Source: Azolla caroliniana
Lineage: Eukaryota; Plantae; Polypodiophyta
Length of the DNA: 64,000 nt
Reading direction: 5' to 3'
NCBI GenBank assembly: GCA_043228905.1
Contig: JBHGNT010000001.1
Span: forward strand, 7,068,001 to 7,132,000
The notes under the pieces: generated by a model
Database searches by the model: none
Told to the model about the DNA's origin: nothing
Seen by the model: the letters and a program-made list of their open reading frames with translations, nothing else
Shown: piece by piece, positions 30,440 through 43,361 of the stretch
How the letters are laid out: each line of letters opens with the position of its first letter
How positions within the stretch are numbered: position 1 is the stretch's first letter
Made by a program: the position numbers and the translations under genes

Positions 30440-33400
30440 TGACAATGGAGTATAGTCACCCGCTAACTACACTACATGGGTAGTGGAACATGTTGAATTC
30501 CCAATAGGCAAGACGAACATCCACTTAGGAAAGAATTTCCACTTGTGCCAATAAAGAAAATTGCCACATTAGTACTCCCGATATGCTTTCACTCCATGTA
30601 TACCATCGAATACAAAAGCGTTGCGCATGTCCCAATTATGACATAATCCTCAATATCTTAGAAATAGGAAAACTATCTCCATCTTTGATTTCGGGTCAAC
30701 CTGTGTAAATTGCGCAAACACCCATTGTCTAGGTGTCAAATAACATCGTGAAAAACTTGCCAAATTTGAGAAATGTAAGTCTAAATCTAACAACCAATAA
30801 GACATTGTATAAATCGATGAGTATTATCTTCTATTTGAACAGTGCAAAAGAAGCAATCACCTGTTGCTAATCCACAACACTTTAGAGCTAATCTCAAAGG
30901 CGATCCTCCAATCAAAACTCTCCAAATAAAGACCTTTGCTACAAGTGGCAACTTAGAATGCCAACTACGTTGGAAGATCTGCCAGCACCCATGATCAGAT
31001 TTGTGTATTGTTCATTCTTCTTTAGCCTTAGATGATAGCCAGCCAAGAGATTCAACAGAGCAATGATGCATTTGTAGTCACTTGTAACAACGACGTTTGA
31101 CCATGTAAACACCAATAAATCCACAGTTGTTCTCCTATTTGTAGAGGTAGGAACCTTGCATCAATGCAAATTTTGTAGTTGTTGCCAAATAAACCCATAA
31201 TTAGGCGAGATGCATAATTGTTGTTGTGCTTTGACAAACTCCAAAATTCTTTGAGATGAAGCCTCAACTATATCTCCCACCTCTTTGACTCCCAAACGAA
31301 ACAAACGATTAAATTGAGAGTGCAATCTCTCCTTCCTTGGCCAACATAATAACAGACACAAACAGTAACTCTTTTCGCAAAGAATTACAATGCTCTCTAC
31401 TAGATGATGGTTTCCATACACATAACAAGAGTGCTTCTTGCCATGAGGTAAACAAGTGTTGAACACATGAAGAGCTCGAAATCCTAAGTGAAATACATCC
31501 ATTTAGTAATTGCCATCATGAAGCCTTAATCGTTGTCCTCCCATGTGTTAAACCCTTGTTCTCAATGAAATATTGAACAATAGATATCCATGGTTGTGAG
31601 TTTGAACACATGTCTTGTAATAATGAAAGTCTACGAGCCATCATATGCATAGATAAGTTCAATATTCCGGCTCCCCCGAGGCGCTTAGGGGTTGCTAGAT
31701 GATTCCATGCAACCCGTGTGATTCCCATCTTATCCCTCTTCTTCCACATCAAATATCGAAGAGGTTGCAAAACAGAATGCAACACCTTCTTTGTCCATGG
31801 CAACAAATTATGGCAAGTAATATAATATCATGAGTTCCATAATACATTGTACAACCTTGAAACATACATTGAATAACCAAGACTATGACTTCCAATACAT
31901 GAACTTATCCCTCAACTTACTAGACATCCATTCAATCGGTTTACCATTTGTAACATTCATTCCTAATGGATAACCCAAGTGTTAAAAAATAGAACCTTTC
32001 TTCACCACAAATCCTTGCCATCCTAAACATTCTAAATCTCATTCAATACATGATATGAGACTAGACTTCCTCCAATTAATATGTGATCTGGAAGCCAATG
32101 CAAATTGGTTCCATACAAACATCCCCTTCTCAAGATTCTCTCTTGAGGCTTGTACAAACATGAAAGAATCATCCACCAAAGCTTGTGCTATTAGCTGCCC
32201 TCCAGACGGAAGGTGTAGACCTACAATGTCACCATTTGTAGCAAGCCTTGATAGCATCACTAACAAGGGAAGTAACAATAGCAAACAACAATGGGCTAAG
32301 CGGGCATCCTTGATGAACGGATCTCGTGAGCATAATATCTGATGTAACTCCCCCATTAAGCATTACTCGAGACACCACATCTTGTCCTAATAAAAATATG
32401 AGACGAGACATATGAGATCTAAAACCCATTGTATGCATTAATCCAGAAACAAAGGACCAATTAACATGATCATAAGCTTTCTCCAAATCTAATTGCACCA
32501 TAATCCATTCTTGATTAGCGTTTCAAGGATAATTCATGGTCATTTGAACTTTCAACACATTATGCAATATATTCCTACCTACAATAAAACCATATTGGGC
32601 GGGATGCATCAACTTTGGCAAATACTTTTGTAATCTATTTTCCAAGACCTTTGTAAATATCTTATACAACCCCGCCATCAAAGAAATAGGTCTCCATTGA
32701 TGAAATGGCTCGGGAGATGCCACGTTTGGAACTAATTTAATTAGACCAGCCTTCTAAGCTTGAGGCATACAACCAGAATCCCAAGAATGTTGAAACATGA
32801 AAGTTAAGGACCCTTTTAAAATGTTCGAATATCACTTAAAAACTTTATTTGTCAAGCCATCCCAACCAGGGCTCTTACCACTAGGAAGATGCCTTAAAAC
32901 CATGTCCACCTCATCCTTAGTGAAATCCGCATCCAATTCATGACTAATGAGATCATCCACAATACAACCAACCACATCATAGAACTCATGACGTGTTCTA
33001 CTCACCACATTTGTCATTAAGAATTATGGGTCAATCAACTCCTTAAAGTAATGAACACATATGTCAATTATTGTTGTAGGATCCACTATCAATTCATCCC
33101 CTTGCTTCACATATACCACATTAGATCGAGCATAAGTAGGATGTAATGCTTGGAAAAAAAAAGTGATTGACATTGATTATCTATGAGCCCATCCCTGAGT
33201 TGTCGCATCTTCGCATAATGATAACTTTGGCATTGCAACTAAGAAATAATAACATGCAATTGACTATGGATATCCAAAAGCTCCTCATCTAATGGTGCAT
33301 GTATCAATAATGCATTACACCTAGAGAGAACTTGTGAGAATTGTCGAAGAAGACCTCTTATTCGTTGAGCATTAGTTACTCCATGCATACAATGAATGAT

Positions 33401-35260
33401 CTTAATGTTTCGTAACGTGATATCCCATGCTTTAACTCTTTTAAGATTCACTTGTGAAAAGCTTACAAAAATTTGTTCCATGAGAGAATCAAAGTAGATT
33501 GAAGCAAAAGAGAAGAGTTAAAGTGTAATGGAGACTTTCCAAGTAAGGATTTATACATGTCAATTGCATGACTACAAACCTCCAAACAAATAGGAAAGTG
33601 TTCTAAAGTTCATACATCTTGTAGAACTGTCATACAAAGTGATATCGGTAAAAGAATCATTGTGCATCACATACATTCTATCTAACTGACTCGATGTTTG
33701 TCTATGTTGAGAGGATTGGAAGGTAAAACTTGGATCATTCCCATGCAACCATGTCCAAACATCCAACTTCAAAGCCTCCATAGCCAATGAACCCCAATCA
33801 AGTTGCTAAGGATTATCCATGATTGAATGTTCAGACATACATTGAGATGCATGAACACACATGTTAAAATCACCCATAAGTAATCCTGAATGGCCCACAC
33901 ATAGGGTTTGATGGAGTGAGCCCCATAATGCAATACATTGAGTGGCTTGGTTAGGGGCATAAATTCCAACCACCGACACAACCTCGCCAAAAAAAGTGTT
34001 TTCTAGAACCAAAAACCAACCATAAGGATCATTATGCACCACTTGAGGATAATATTTATTCCGCACGATTAATACCACACCTGAATAATGATTATTAAGA
34101 TGTCTTGCATAGAATGAAGAATATCCACGCAAATGAACTATGATCCTGCTAACTCATGACAGTTATGCTCAACTACACATAATACATCCCATTCTTTACT
34201 TAACAAAGTTTCTCATAATATATACTTCTTATAAGGAGATTCACATGGCCCTCTCACATTCCATGTTACCACTTTCAATCAATCAACAATGTTATGGGTG
34301 CACTTGCTCCTTTAGAGCAACCGATGTCATGAAACTAGTCAAGCATGTTCCAATGCTACATATGGATTTTCAGCACCACATCCTTACGGCTATCTATCGA
34401 AATCTTTTGTTTAGGTCCTCTCACTTGACGAAAACCTCGAGAATTCGATGAATTTACAACACGTCCCAATGAATCAAATTGAAGGTGAAGGGATAATCCC
34501 TTATCTCTAAATTGTTGTTGCCAAGGACCTTTTTGAGGACCCTCCCTAGTTCTTGAATTACCTTTCCAAGTAGTCTCATGAGTAGTGGGCAAACTATTGC
34601 AAACTATTATGTTGCATATTCATTGATTTCCCCTTCGACTTGCCCTTAACCTGATGCCAATCTTTATCACCAACAACATCACTACTAGTTCTATCCAACA
34701 ATTTTTTTCCCTTATCTATAACCACTAAACTTTGTATTTCCATATCCATAGATTGAGTTCCCTTATTCTTAGGGCCCAAACCTTGAGGTGAGACCTCTTT
34801 ATAACATGCTCTAGATGATGTTCCTTCATCCATAACAACCACAATATCTGACACACCAACATCTCTGCCCACTCCTTCCTTACCATTCCCTTCATTAGGA
34901 ACCTCTAAAGCTGAAGGACAATGGCATTGGCATTTAACCATAAAGTGACTCCATTCACCACATCCAAAACAATGACCTGCAAATGTCTCTCACTTCAATT
35001 TAAAACAAAGTCATACGCACCCATCCTGGCCTCTTACGACTTGTATCCATAACACACAAAATTTGCACTCATTTGTAACATTTGCATGTGGACATACCAA
35101 TACTTTAACCCATTTGACTCATTAACTATGGTAAAAGTGGCCATAAAAAAGCATGCTTACAATCCAATGTTACCCAAACAAGGCATTCTTGTTTTAACAA
35201 AGTATGATATTCCACTAGGGGGACCATTGCATTACATTCATGTTTGTATCCATTATTCTT
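30440..35260 (-). mobile_element. Degenerate L1-type LINE retrotransposon (ORF1 remnant; ORF2 with endonuclease, RT and zf-RVT), with many stops and frameshifts
   Basis: In order on the minus strand: ORF1 CCHC knuckle CFGCGEWSHFMVKC (~34930-34972); APE motifs GIYAP, MGDFN, LDVW and LDRMYV; RT motifs KSPGWDG, WRPISL, QYGFIVGR, LDLEKAYDHVNW, QGCPLSPLLF and LVDD; GGAGILNL; zinc finger CFFCTVQIEDNTHRFIQC (~30801-30855). Both boundaries are approximate. Confidence 0.9.
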
Positions 35261-35262
35261 GA

Positions 35263-35606
35263 TGTGAAATCGATCCAGGATAAAGATAATCTTCCATGAA
35301 CAAGAGTGTTGAGCGAGCAAGCTCAACTTGGGCCGGATCAATTGAACAAGCGGAGGGCCGAAACGGAGAAGCCGGATCGAAGACCCAGACCCATGTGCAA
35401 ACCGGTAGGCCGTTAGAGGCCTATGCTCCTAGTCTACTAGGTAGTTATGTTCCTAGGAGTTAGAGTCAGTAACTCAGTACGAGCATTTAAGTACTTGTCA
35501 GTACTTCAATCAATCCTTTTAAGGACTTGTATAAACAGTGCTCTCTAGCACATTTGTATGTATAGAGTATTGAGTATTTTTTGAAATAGATGTTTGTATT
35601 CTGCAC

Positions 35607-35646
<40 letters not shown>

Positions 35647-35775
35647 CGTACTCTCTATGTATTTTCAAGCTTTCCATTAAACCTTCGTTCTATTTCTGTT
35701 GCTATCCGGCTGAGCCGGTTGTGTCTACGAGCTCTGCACGAAACTCTTTTCAAAGAGACAAAAACCAAAACTCAC
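35263..35775 (+). mobile_element. Possible LTR fragment truncating the LINE 5' end
   Basis: Abrupt switch to CpG-rich non-coding sequence beginning TGTGAAAT, with TATAAA (~35530) followed by a (CT)n tract. No matching terminus or TSD was found. Confidence 0.35.
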
Positions 35776-35826
35776 CCGATTGGAAAGATCAAAGATGAAG
35801 AAGACAATATGAGCTCCACAATGCAT

Positions 35827-36670
35827 TGTCGTGGAAATCCACGTATATGTGTCGAAAAGGGGGCGAGACTACCGAGGTTTTGAATAAAGGAGCCGATAAG
35901 AGAAAGTGAGAAAAAGGTGTAGTGGATATCTGGATTGGTTTCCGGATATCTTCGCCAACACATGGGCTCAAACACGAGTACGTAACCGGTTCGAAACAGT
36001 CTCTGGATGCCAGATGATGAGCACACGGGCTCAGACACATAGCTAAACATGCAAGTGAATGATAACGAAAGATGAGAGTGTGGACAGAAACAAAGAGAGA
36101 CACTCAATGACACAGGGAGATCCGAATAGCAACAAAATAATCGATTAACCTCAAATGATAGGAAATACAACCGGACTCGGCCGGCAACAGAGCTTTGAGC
36201 TCTCCATGCACACACGCACAGATTCTAGTGGCCCTCTGGTCGGGAGCACATGGGGTTCCAACGTGAACAGAGGCCTCACAGTACAACAACCGACAAACAG
36301 AAAGCAAGAAATGAGTAGCCGACTCCCTAATTCGACAGAGCTTCTGCCTCCCAAAATGATCAATTTTCTAATGGTCTCTCTCCTCTCCTTTTATAGATCC
36401 AAGGAGAGGAGGATCGGTGTTACATCAACTGTTTAAGACAACCGATTTTGTCAGCGATTCTCTCCTCGTTTTCCTCCCTACACATGTTTTATTTCTCTCT
36501 TTTTGTGGGACATTAAAGTACCCAACAAAATCACACTGCCTAGCACTTATTAGTCTTATGCTATTTACAATGTTTTATGTACATAAAGCCTCATTCGTGT
36601 GTATCCTTGCACACCCCTAAACCCTAAACCCACACTCCCTTTTCTTCTATGGCCGGAATCCTTCACGACA
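35827..36670 (-). mobile_element. Solo LTR (~844 bp)
   Basis: Termini TGTCGTGGA...TTCACGACA form an 8/9 inverted repeat with TG...CA ends. Flanks are GCAT / GCGT. A TATA box CTATAAAAGG lies on the minus strand at ~36387-36396. No coding content. Confidence 0.6.
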
Positions 36671-37510
36671 GCGTGTTGAGCATGTAGTATAGAACACACG
36701 ATTCCTACTTTCAATTGTTGCATCTAGTATAGAACACCAAATTAAACTTGATATATCTCGTTACATAGCTCTAACTGAGGGCTTTCCAACGCTTTACTTT
36801 GTGCCCAATTCCATTGCCAATTGAGAACACAACAACAAAAACAAGTTCGCTTCTTCTTCTTCCCCTCTCCATTCTTGCTTTTTCTACTCTTAGTCTCTCT
36901 CTCTCTCTCTCTCTCTCAAGTGCTTGAAGTACTGCGTACTGCTTCAACAACATGGGGACCAAACAAGGGTGTCCACTCTCTCCCACACTGATCTATACAT
37001 CAATAAACTCGGGTTAGATGACCCAAACTCGTGCACAGTAAGACCTCTAGAGTAGAGTCTAGAAGCAAGGAAAAAGGATTAAGAGGCAAAGATCATGTGG
37101 CCACTAGAGTGTGAAAGTGTCCAAATAAAGCAAAACGACTATAAAGGTCCCTTTTGGTGCTCTTTAAACTTGTTTTTCACTTTTTGAACATGAGTTGCAG
37201 CCTTCGTGTGTTTGTATGTGTAACACCTTCATTAAGCCTTATCCTCCACCCTCAATGAAGAGCTCAAACAATAAGGTTCTACCTTATGTATTTGAGATAC
37301 ATGTAGCATTGAGCGAGGTTGACTTCCTTTTGTGAATAAGAATGTGTTGTGGCTATATAAATTTCTTACATTTCCTTTAATTATTCATCCGGAGAATGCA
37401 AGTTCATATTTTCACAACACATTAAATGAACTATTTAAGGTTCTAGAGCCAATAGGAGAGGGCAATTCATGGAGCGGTTGAGTTTATCCTATCAATGTTC
37501 TTGAGAGTGG

Positions 37511-37551
<41 letters not shown>

Positions 37552-40151
37552 CTCTCCAACTATATTGGGTGTTGGCCAAACCCAATCTAGGTAGCAATGA
37601 ATCAACAAGGTATATTCTCGTCATATGCTAAGTGGGTAGGAATCACTATTTTACTTATCAACACCATGCAACTTCAAAGTTATGTTTCAAGTTTTTAACT
37701 TTCAGCTTTAGGTTACATTTATTATTTTCCTTTTAGTGAGACTCTTGGTTGGATGAGGCCACACCTAGTCTCTTCTCTGAAAGTCGGATCACCAATGTCA
37801 AAAATGCATTATCTTTGTAGTTCAAGTTTATCGTTCACTCCTAAGATTGGCTTTGCTAACTAACTTTCTATAACCTAAGGAAAAATAATAATAAATAATG
37901 GAATTAATATTGACTTTCATATAGCATTGTTGAGTCATAGGTTCCAAATAAGTTCATTCTTACATATTCACTACTTCACTAGGCATCACACCAAAATTGA
38001 AACAACTTGGTCAACCAAATAGCATATGCTAAAATGTGATATGAAAGGATTCCTTTTATAATAGAGTGTAGCTTAATTTTAGATAATGTTGAAAGGCTAT
38101 GTATCCAAATAATGTGATTTGAAGTCTTGTTAGATTGGAAAACAACCAACTCTCAGCAATGTGTCGTTTTCAGATGCATCACATCGAGGATACGCCCTTG
38201 TTTCGATCTAAGTTCTCTCTTTGCCTCAAAATTGTACTTTGCGGCCAGACTATTGTATACCTTCTCAATGGAAAATCGATGAAAGTGATTACTAACTACT
38301 GTTGAGCTACTACATGCACTTGCATTCTTGGACTTCACAAACTCTTACTCTCCTCACTTGTCTTGGTTTCCTAACTAAAATATTAGCTAAGGTCTCAATA
38401 AGGCATAAGCGTTAAACATATTGCACGTATGAGACATACACTAATAAGACAAACTATGCATCAATTAGTTGAAATAAACAACATAACACTTATAATGAAA
38501 CTAGTGTTTGGCTTCAAATGAGCACTTAGCACCACTCTCAGGTAAAGTATGAGAAAGAGAGAGCAAGCTCCAACATAAACCAAGGGGAGATGAAGAATTA
38601 TTCAAAAGGCACAAAGTGACTTCTACAATCCTTTACAAGAGTATTGGCCCCTTTCACATTGGGGTGGCCATAAGGGTTTACTCTATAACTATCTTTCTTT
38701 TGTCTCCTTTTCTTGGTCCCACACTTCATCCTTGGTACTGATGTAAATATCCTTGTTGGTAGTGCTACGTATGACAAGTACTTAACAAGCAATCACCTCA
38801 CAATGTCATAACATGCCAAATACATGTAGGATACAAAAATAATGATGGTAAGAACGATTAAGTTCATGAAGAGTTTGCATAATAATAGTCCAATTTAATA
38901 AAGAACCATGAGATTCTAGGTCATTTTTCTTCACTCTTAAAGTCTATGTGGGCATAACTTTAACATATAGTACCACTATACAACAACAAAAGGTCGCACA
39001 TCTTAAAAGTAACAAGAAACCATCATTACACAAGTTTGGAGAGACAAACCTAATGTGTGGAGAGACAAACCTAATGTGAGTGCAAGGGTAGTCATCACTT
39101 CTGACAAACTTCATCAAAGGACAAGGATGGCCATCACTCTTTCATAATGAGGATGTCCTCATTGCCATTATTTATGTTTAGAAACATTTATAAGCATTTA
39201 TCCTAGATATGTCTCACACTTTATCCATTAAGAGATTACACAATATTCTTCCTTAACGTACCCTAACCTTTATCATTTCTTTTTGATGGCTAATAGCACA
39301 ATACATATTAGTTCATCCAATAGAACATTTGCAAAACCATTGCTAAAAATAATATGTTGAAGTTAGTCATCCCTAACTCTTTCCCCACTCACTTATACGA
39401 AGATTGTAAAAACACCTTTTTGCTACTACATATAACTCAAATTTCTTTTCTGAAAGGCCTCAAGAAAACACCAAGATTTTGATGCTACTACAACATGAAC
39501 TTAAGACAAAATAGTATGTCTTTTCATATCAAATGTACCCATAATAAATTTACACATATAGATTGATACAAGTATCACCCATCACACAGATGTGATGTGA
39601 GTTGGGATTGTGCAATCAATGAAATATATACCCCTAATATTAATTTGGAGATACAATAACTATATACTCCAAGAACTATTGATAATGACAAACTTACAAA
39701 TAAATCTACGTAGCACTTGCCTTCAGTGAAATAATGTGCTTTGTGTTCTTTTAAAAGCTTCCCAAGATCCAGAACTAGCATTACAAATGCTATTTCACAA
39801 AATCCATTTGCATTTCTTTAGCAATCATGTGCTCTACATGACTTATCGCATTAAATAATTGATGACATATCAACAATGAAATTTAGGGACGGCACTATAT
39901 GATGAAAATAAAAGACAGATGAGCATATGAAGTTATGAATTTGGAAATATAATACCAAGGATCATCGACTTATATGTGAATCCTCAACTAAAATGTGAAT
40001 ATATGTATATGTGAATATCCTCGACTTAAATGAATCCTTTATATATTAAGTCTGAAGATGGATTATTTATTATGTTTAGCATTCTATTTTGGATTCGAAT
40101 TCACGAACTCTTGAGTGTCAGTCTTTCTTCAATGTTTTCAATGACTCCTCC

Positions 40152-43100
40152 CTAGCTCTCCTGAGTTTGGCGCTGCTTCTTTCTCAATCGACGCATCTTC
40201 ATCACAAAAATTGGTTTCTCAGGCACTGGGATAAATTTTATGATGAGCGCAAGAGGCCAACTCACCGACCCAATCAATACACTTATCACCCAATATTGCC
40301 AACCTAGTTTCACGGTCGAAGCAAACTTATTCAAGAACTGAACTATAACAACTTGGAATATAATTGAAGCACCCACAATCCCCATGAAAAGCCAACTTGT
40401 AAAAATCCCTTTAAATACATTCTTCTCCTCAAGCTTCCTTGCATTGACTTCATTGAAGATCTGACAAAAAACGAAGGCATTGAATATGACAGTCTTGTTG
40501 ATATTCTCGGCATCCTTACGGTTCTTTAATCCTAACAATTCCTCTCCTCGGAATTGCAGCACAAGCAACACTATGACTTGATAACTAGCTTGTGACAATA
40601 TGTTCCTCCACATTATATTGGAAATCAGGGGATCAACCACTTTGATGGGTGGCCTATCTAGTAGGGCATCAGTGGGTCTTTCAGTGGCAAGGGCAAGAGC
40701 ACCTAATGTATCCATGATCAGGTTGACCCATAACAACTGGACAGCAGTCAAGGGCACATCACCTGCCGACATGGCAGCGATAAAATTTATCGTGAGAGCA
40801 GCCACATTTACAGTTAACTGAAACTGGATGAATTTTTGTATATTCAAGTAAACGGATCGACCCCATCGCACCACTTTGAGGACCGAAACAAAGTTGTCAT
40901 CCATGATGATGATGTCGGAGCTCTCTTTGGCAACTTCTGTGCCTTGGATTCCCATCGAGAGACCAATGTCTGCCTCCCGAAGAGCTGGGGCATCATTCGT
41001 GCCATCTCCAGTCACACCCACAACTTCCCCAAGCTCTCGCAATGTGCTTACCATCAACAACTTATCGGTAGGGGATGATCTCGCCATAACAGTGATCTTT
41101 GACACTTCCCGCTTCCTTTGTTCATCAGAATAGTTACGAAACGTGATCCCATCGACAGCCACATCACCTTCCTTGAGAATTCCACACTCAGTCGCTATGG
41201 CCTTGGCCGTCATTATGTTATCCCCAGTGATCATCCGGACCTTGATACCAGCAGCCTGGCACCGCCGGACAGCCTCTGGAACCTCGGGTCGGCACGGGTC
41301 TTTGATTCCTACGATCGCCAAGAGGATCAAAGGCCCTTCAGGGATTTTCCACTCTTTCTGTTCACTACCAGCCGAGAGCTCAGCCGGATCACTAATGGCC
41401 ATATAGCCAAAAGCTAAACACCTCAAGCTTTCCGCAGCCATACCTTCGATCACATTCATCAAATGAATTTTCTCCTGAGTTGTAATGGCGAGTGTTGAGT
41501 TATCTGGGCACAAGATTTTGTTACTTTGACTCAGTATAATCTCGGCTGCTCCTTTCCAGTGCACATGCACTTTGTTGGTTCGGGTAACCCGAATGGCCAC
41601 ACCGGCTTTCTTTTTAAGTGAATTGAAAGACTCGACTTGCAGTGCGGTAGACAAAGACTTGACAAATGAAAAATCCATGCCCATATCTAGGCCCCACATC
41701 AAAGCAGCCTTCTCTGTTGGGGAGCCAGTCACCTCTGTCTCTCCCCCTTCCGAAGGCACGAAGATGCTCCCATTGCTATTATGTGCAATGCCCTCAAACA
41801 GCAAATCATAGTAGTCCTTGTGGAGCGTTTTTTCTTGCATCACAGGATCTCTCATTCCCCCCGCTACCCATGCTTTCACGACAGACATTTGATTCAATGT
41901 CAATGTTCCAGTCTTGTCGCTACATATTGTAGTAGCACTACCCATCGTCTCGCAAGCTGATAATCTCCTTACAAGGGCCTTATCGGCGATCATCTTCTTC
42001 ATTGCATATGCCAGAGTAAGAGTGACAGCGAGTGGGAGACCCTCTGGCACTGCAACCACAATAATAGTTACTGCGATTGCAAATATCTCAACCACGCTGT
42101 TGAAAGCATCCATTGCATGGGTTTTCCCCGCCTTAAACTTGCCCCTACCAGCTGACCCCTCAGTCCGGCCAACAAAGTAGAAAATAAGAAGCACTACAAA
42201 CACGATAACAGCAACAGAAAGGCCAACTTTTCCTATAAATGTAGCTGCTCCATTCAAACGTACTTGGAGTGGGGTCTCTTCATCGCCATCATCGCCGATT
42301 GCTGCCATTAGCTGACCCCATTCAGTAGACATCCCGACAGCAGTGACCACCATAGAAGCACTACCATCATCAACCTTGCTACCGGATAATAAGTAAGGGG
42401 ACTTAGAGTGCACATGTATAGGCTCACTCTCTCCAGTGAGGCTTGATTGATCTATGTATAGGGAATGTCCTTCAACAAGCAACCCATCAGCTGGCACTTG
42501 ATCCCCAATGTTGAGAAGCACAATATCACCCACCACGATATCGAAGATTGATACTTCTTTTCTCCGACCACTTCGGATAACCTCGACTTGAATGTTCCTT
42601 TTCTCATCATTTAAAGCTGAGAACTGAAGAGATTGCCTATAATCACTAATGGAAGTGACCATTATAACAAGGATTACAGCAAAACCAATGCTAGCACCAT
42701 CATACCAACCCTCTTCTATGCCATGGGTCTTGATACCCAATGCCATTGTAAGCACTGCACAAACCATTAGGATTATGAGAGTAAGATCTTTGCATGCATC
42801 AAAAGCAAAGGACCAGAAGCTTTTCGGCGGGTGCCTTGGGTATGTGTTGGAACCGAAGTCTTTTCTTCGGGATTCAAGCTCTTGGAGCTCGTCCGTTACC
42901 CCGTTTTCAGGGCTTGTTTTGAGAAATTTGGTGACACTTTTAATGCCGCCAAGTCTCTTAAGAGTTTCTATGTTATGATCCTGTGCCAAGCTCATTAGTT
43001 TGGAGGAATCTATTTCTACTGTTGGTTGTGTGGCCTTGCCAAAAAGATAAATAGCTCTAACCACTTGGACACTTACACGAAGTTTACGAAGACTTTGAGA

Positions 43101-43361
43101 TTGGTTTTCCTTTGTAAGGTTGGCAGTGTACCGGAATCTTCGAGCAACATTGAGCACCAAAGTAGCCTTTCTCCACTGCTCTAGACGTTTTGTGCTTGGG
43201 TTCTTAGGAGGGATATTAAAGACATCTTGTGCATGGTCTTCATCATCATCATCATCATTGTCAAACCTTTTGAAGCTAGGATTAAAGTGGTAAGGTGTTG
43301 CTTTATCTTTCCATGCAAGTTCACGAAGCTGAAAAGAGTGACTACTTTTATGTGTTGACAT
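40152..43361 (-). CDS. ACA: Autoinhibited P2B-type Ca2+-ATPase (ACA8/9/10-like), intronless, copy 1
   Basis: 1069-aa single ORF with N-terminal CaM-binding/autoinhibitory QWRKATLVLNVARRFRYTANL, TGES, VPEGLPLAVT, phosphorylation site CSDKTGTLT, KGAAE, MITGDN, TGDGTNDAP and QLLWVNLIMDTLGALALATE. Confidence 0.97.
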   Translation of the reverse strand: MSTHKSSHSFQLRELAWKDKATPYHFNPSFKRFDNDDDDDEDHAQDVFNIPPKNPSTKRLEQWRKATLVLNVARRFRYTANLTKENQSQSLRKLRVSVQVVRAIYLFGKATQPTVEIDSSKLMSLAQDHNIETLKRLGGIKSVTKFLKTSPENGVTDELQELESRRKDFGSNTYPRHPPKSFWSFAFDACKDLTLIILMVCAVLTMALGIKTHGIEEGWYDGASIGFAVILVIMVTSISDYRQSLQFSALNDEKRNIQVEVIRSGRRKEVSIFDIVVGDIVLLNIGDQVPADGLLVEGHSLYIDQSSLTGESEPIHVHSKSPYLLSGSKVDDGSASMVVTAVGMSTEWGQLMAAIGDDGDEETPLQVRLNGAATFIGKVGLSVAVIVFVVLLIFYFVGRTEGSAGRGKFKAGKTHAMDAFNSVVEIFAIAVTIIVVAVPEGLPLAVTLTLAYAMKKMIADKALVRRLSACETMGSATTICSDKTGTLTLNQMSVVKAWVAGGMRDPVMQEKTLHKDYYDLLFEGIAHNSNGSIFVPSEGGETEVTGSPTEKAALMWGLDMGMDFSFVKSLSTALQVESFNSLKKKAGVAIRVTRTNKVHVHWKGAAEIILSQSNKILCPDNSTLAITTQEKIHLMNVIEGMAAESLRCLAFGYMAISDPAELSAGSEQKEWKIPEGPLILLAIVGIKDPCRPEVPEAVRRCQAAGIKVRMITGDNIMTAKAIATECGILKEGDVAVDGITFRNYSDEQRKREVSKITVMARSSPTDKLLMVSTLRELGEVVGVTGDGTNDAPALREADIGLSMGIQGTEVAKESSDIIIMDDNFVSVLKVVRWGRSVYLNIQKFIQFQLTVNVAALTINFIAAMSAGDVPLTAVQLLWVNLIMDTLGALALATERPTDALLDRPPIKVVDPLISNIMWRNILSQASYQVIVLLVLQFRGEELLGLKNRKDAENINKTVIFNAFVFCQIFNEVNARKLEEKNVFKGIFTSWLFMGIVGASIIFQVVIVQFLNKFASTVKLGWQYWVISVLIGSVSWPLALIIKFIPVPEKPIFVMKMRRLRKKQRQTQES

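Noticed and set aside
40600-42978. Many plus-strand ORFs overlapping ACA copy 1 (likewise 52084-54462 for copy 2), apparently conserved between the copies
   Set aside because: These are antisense shadows of the conserved ATPase codons and have no independent coding signal.
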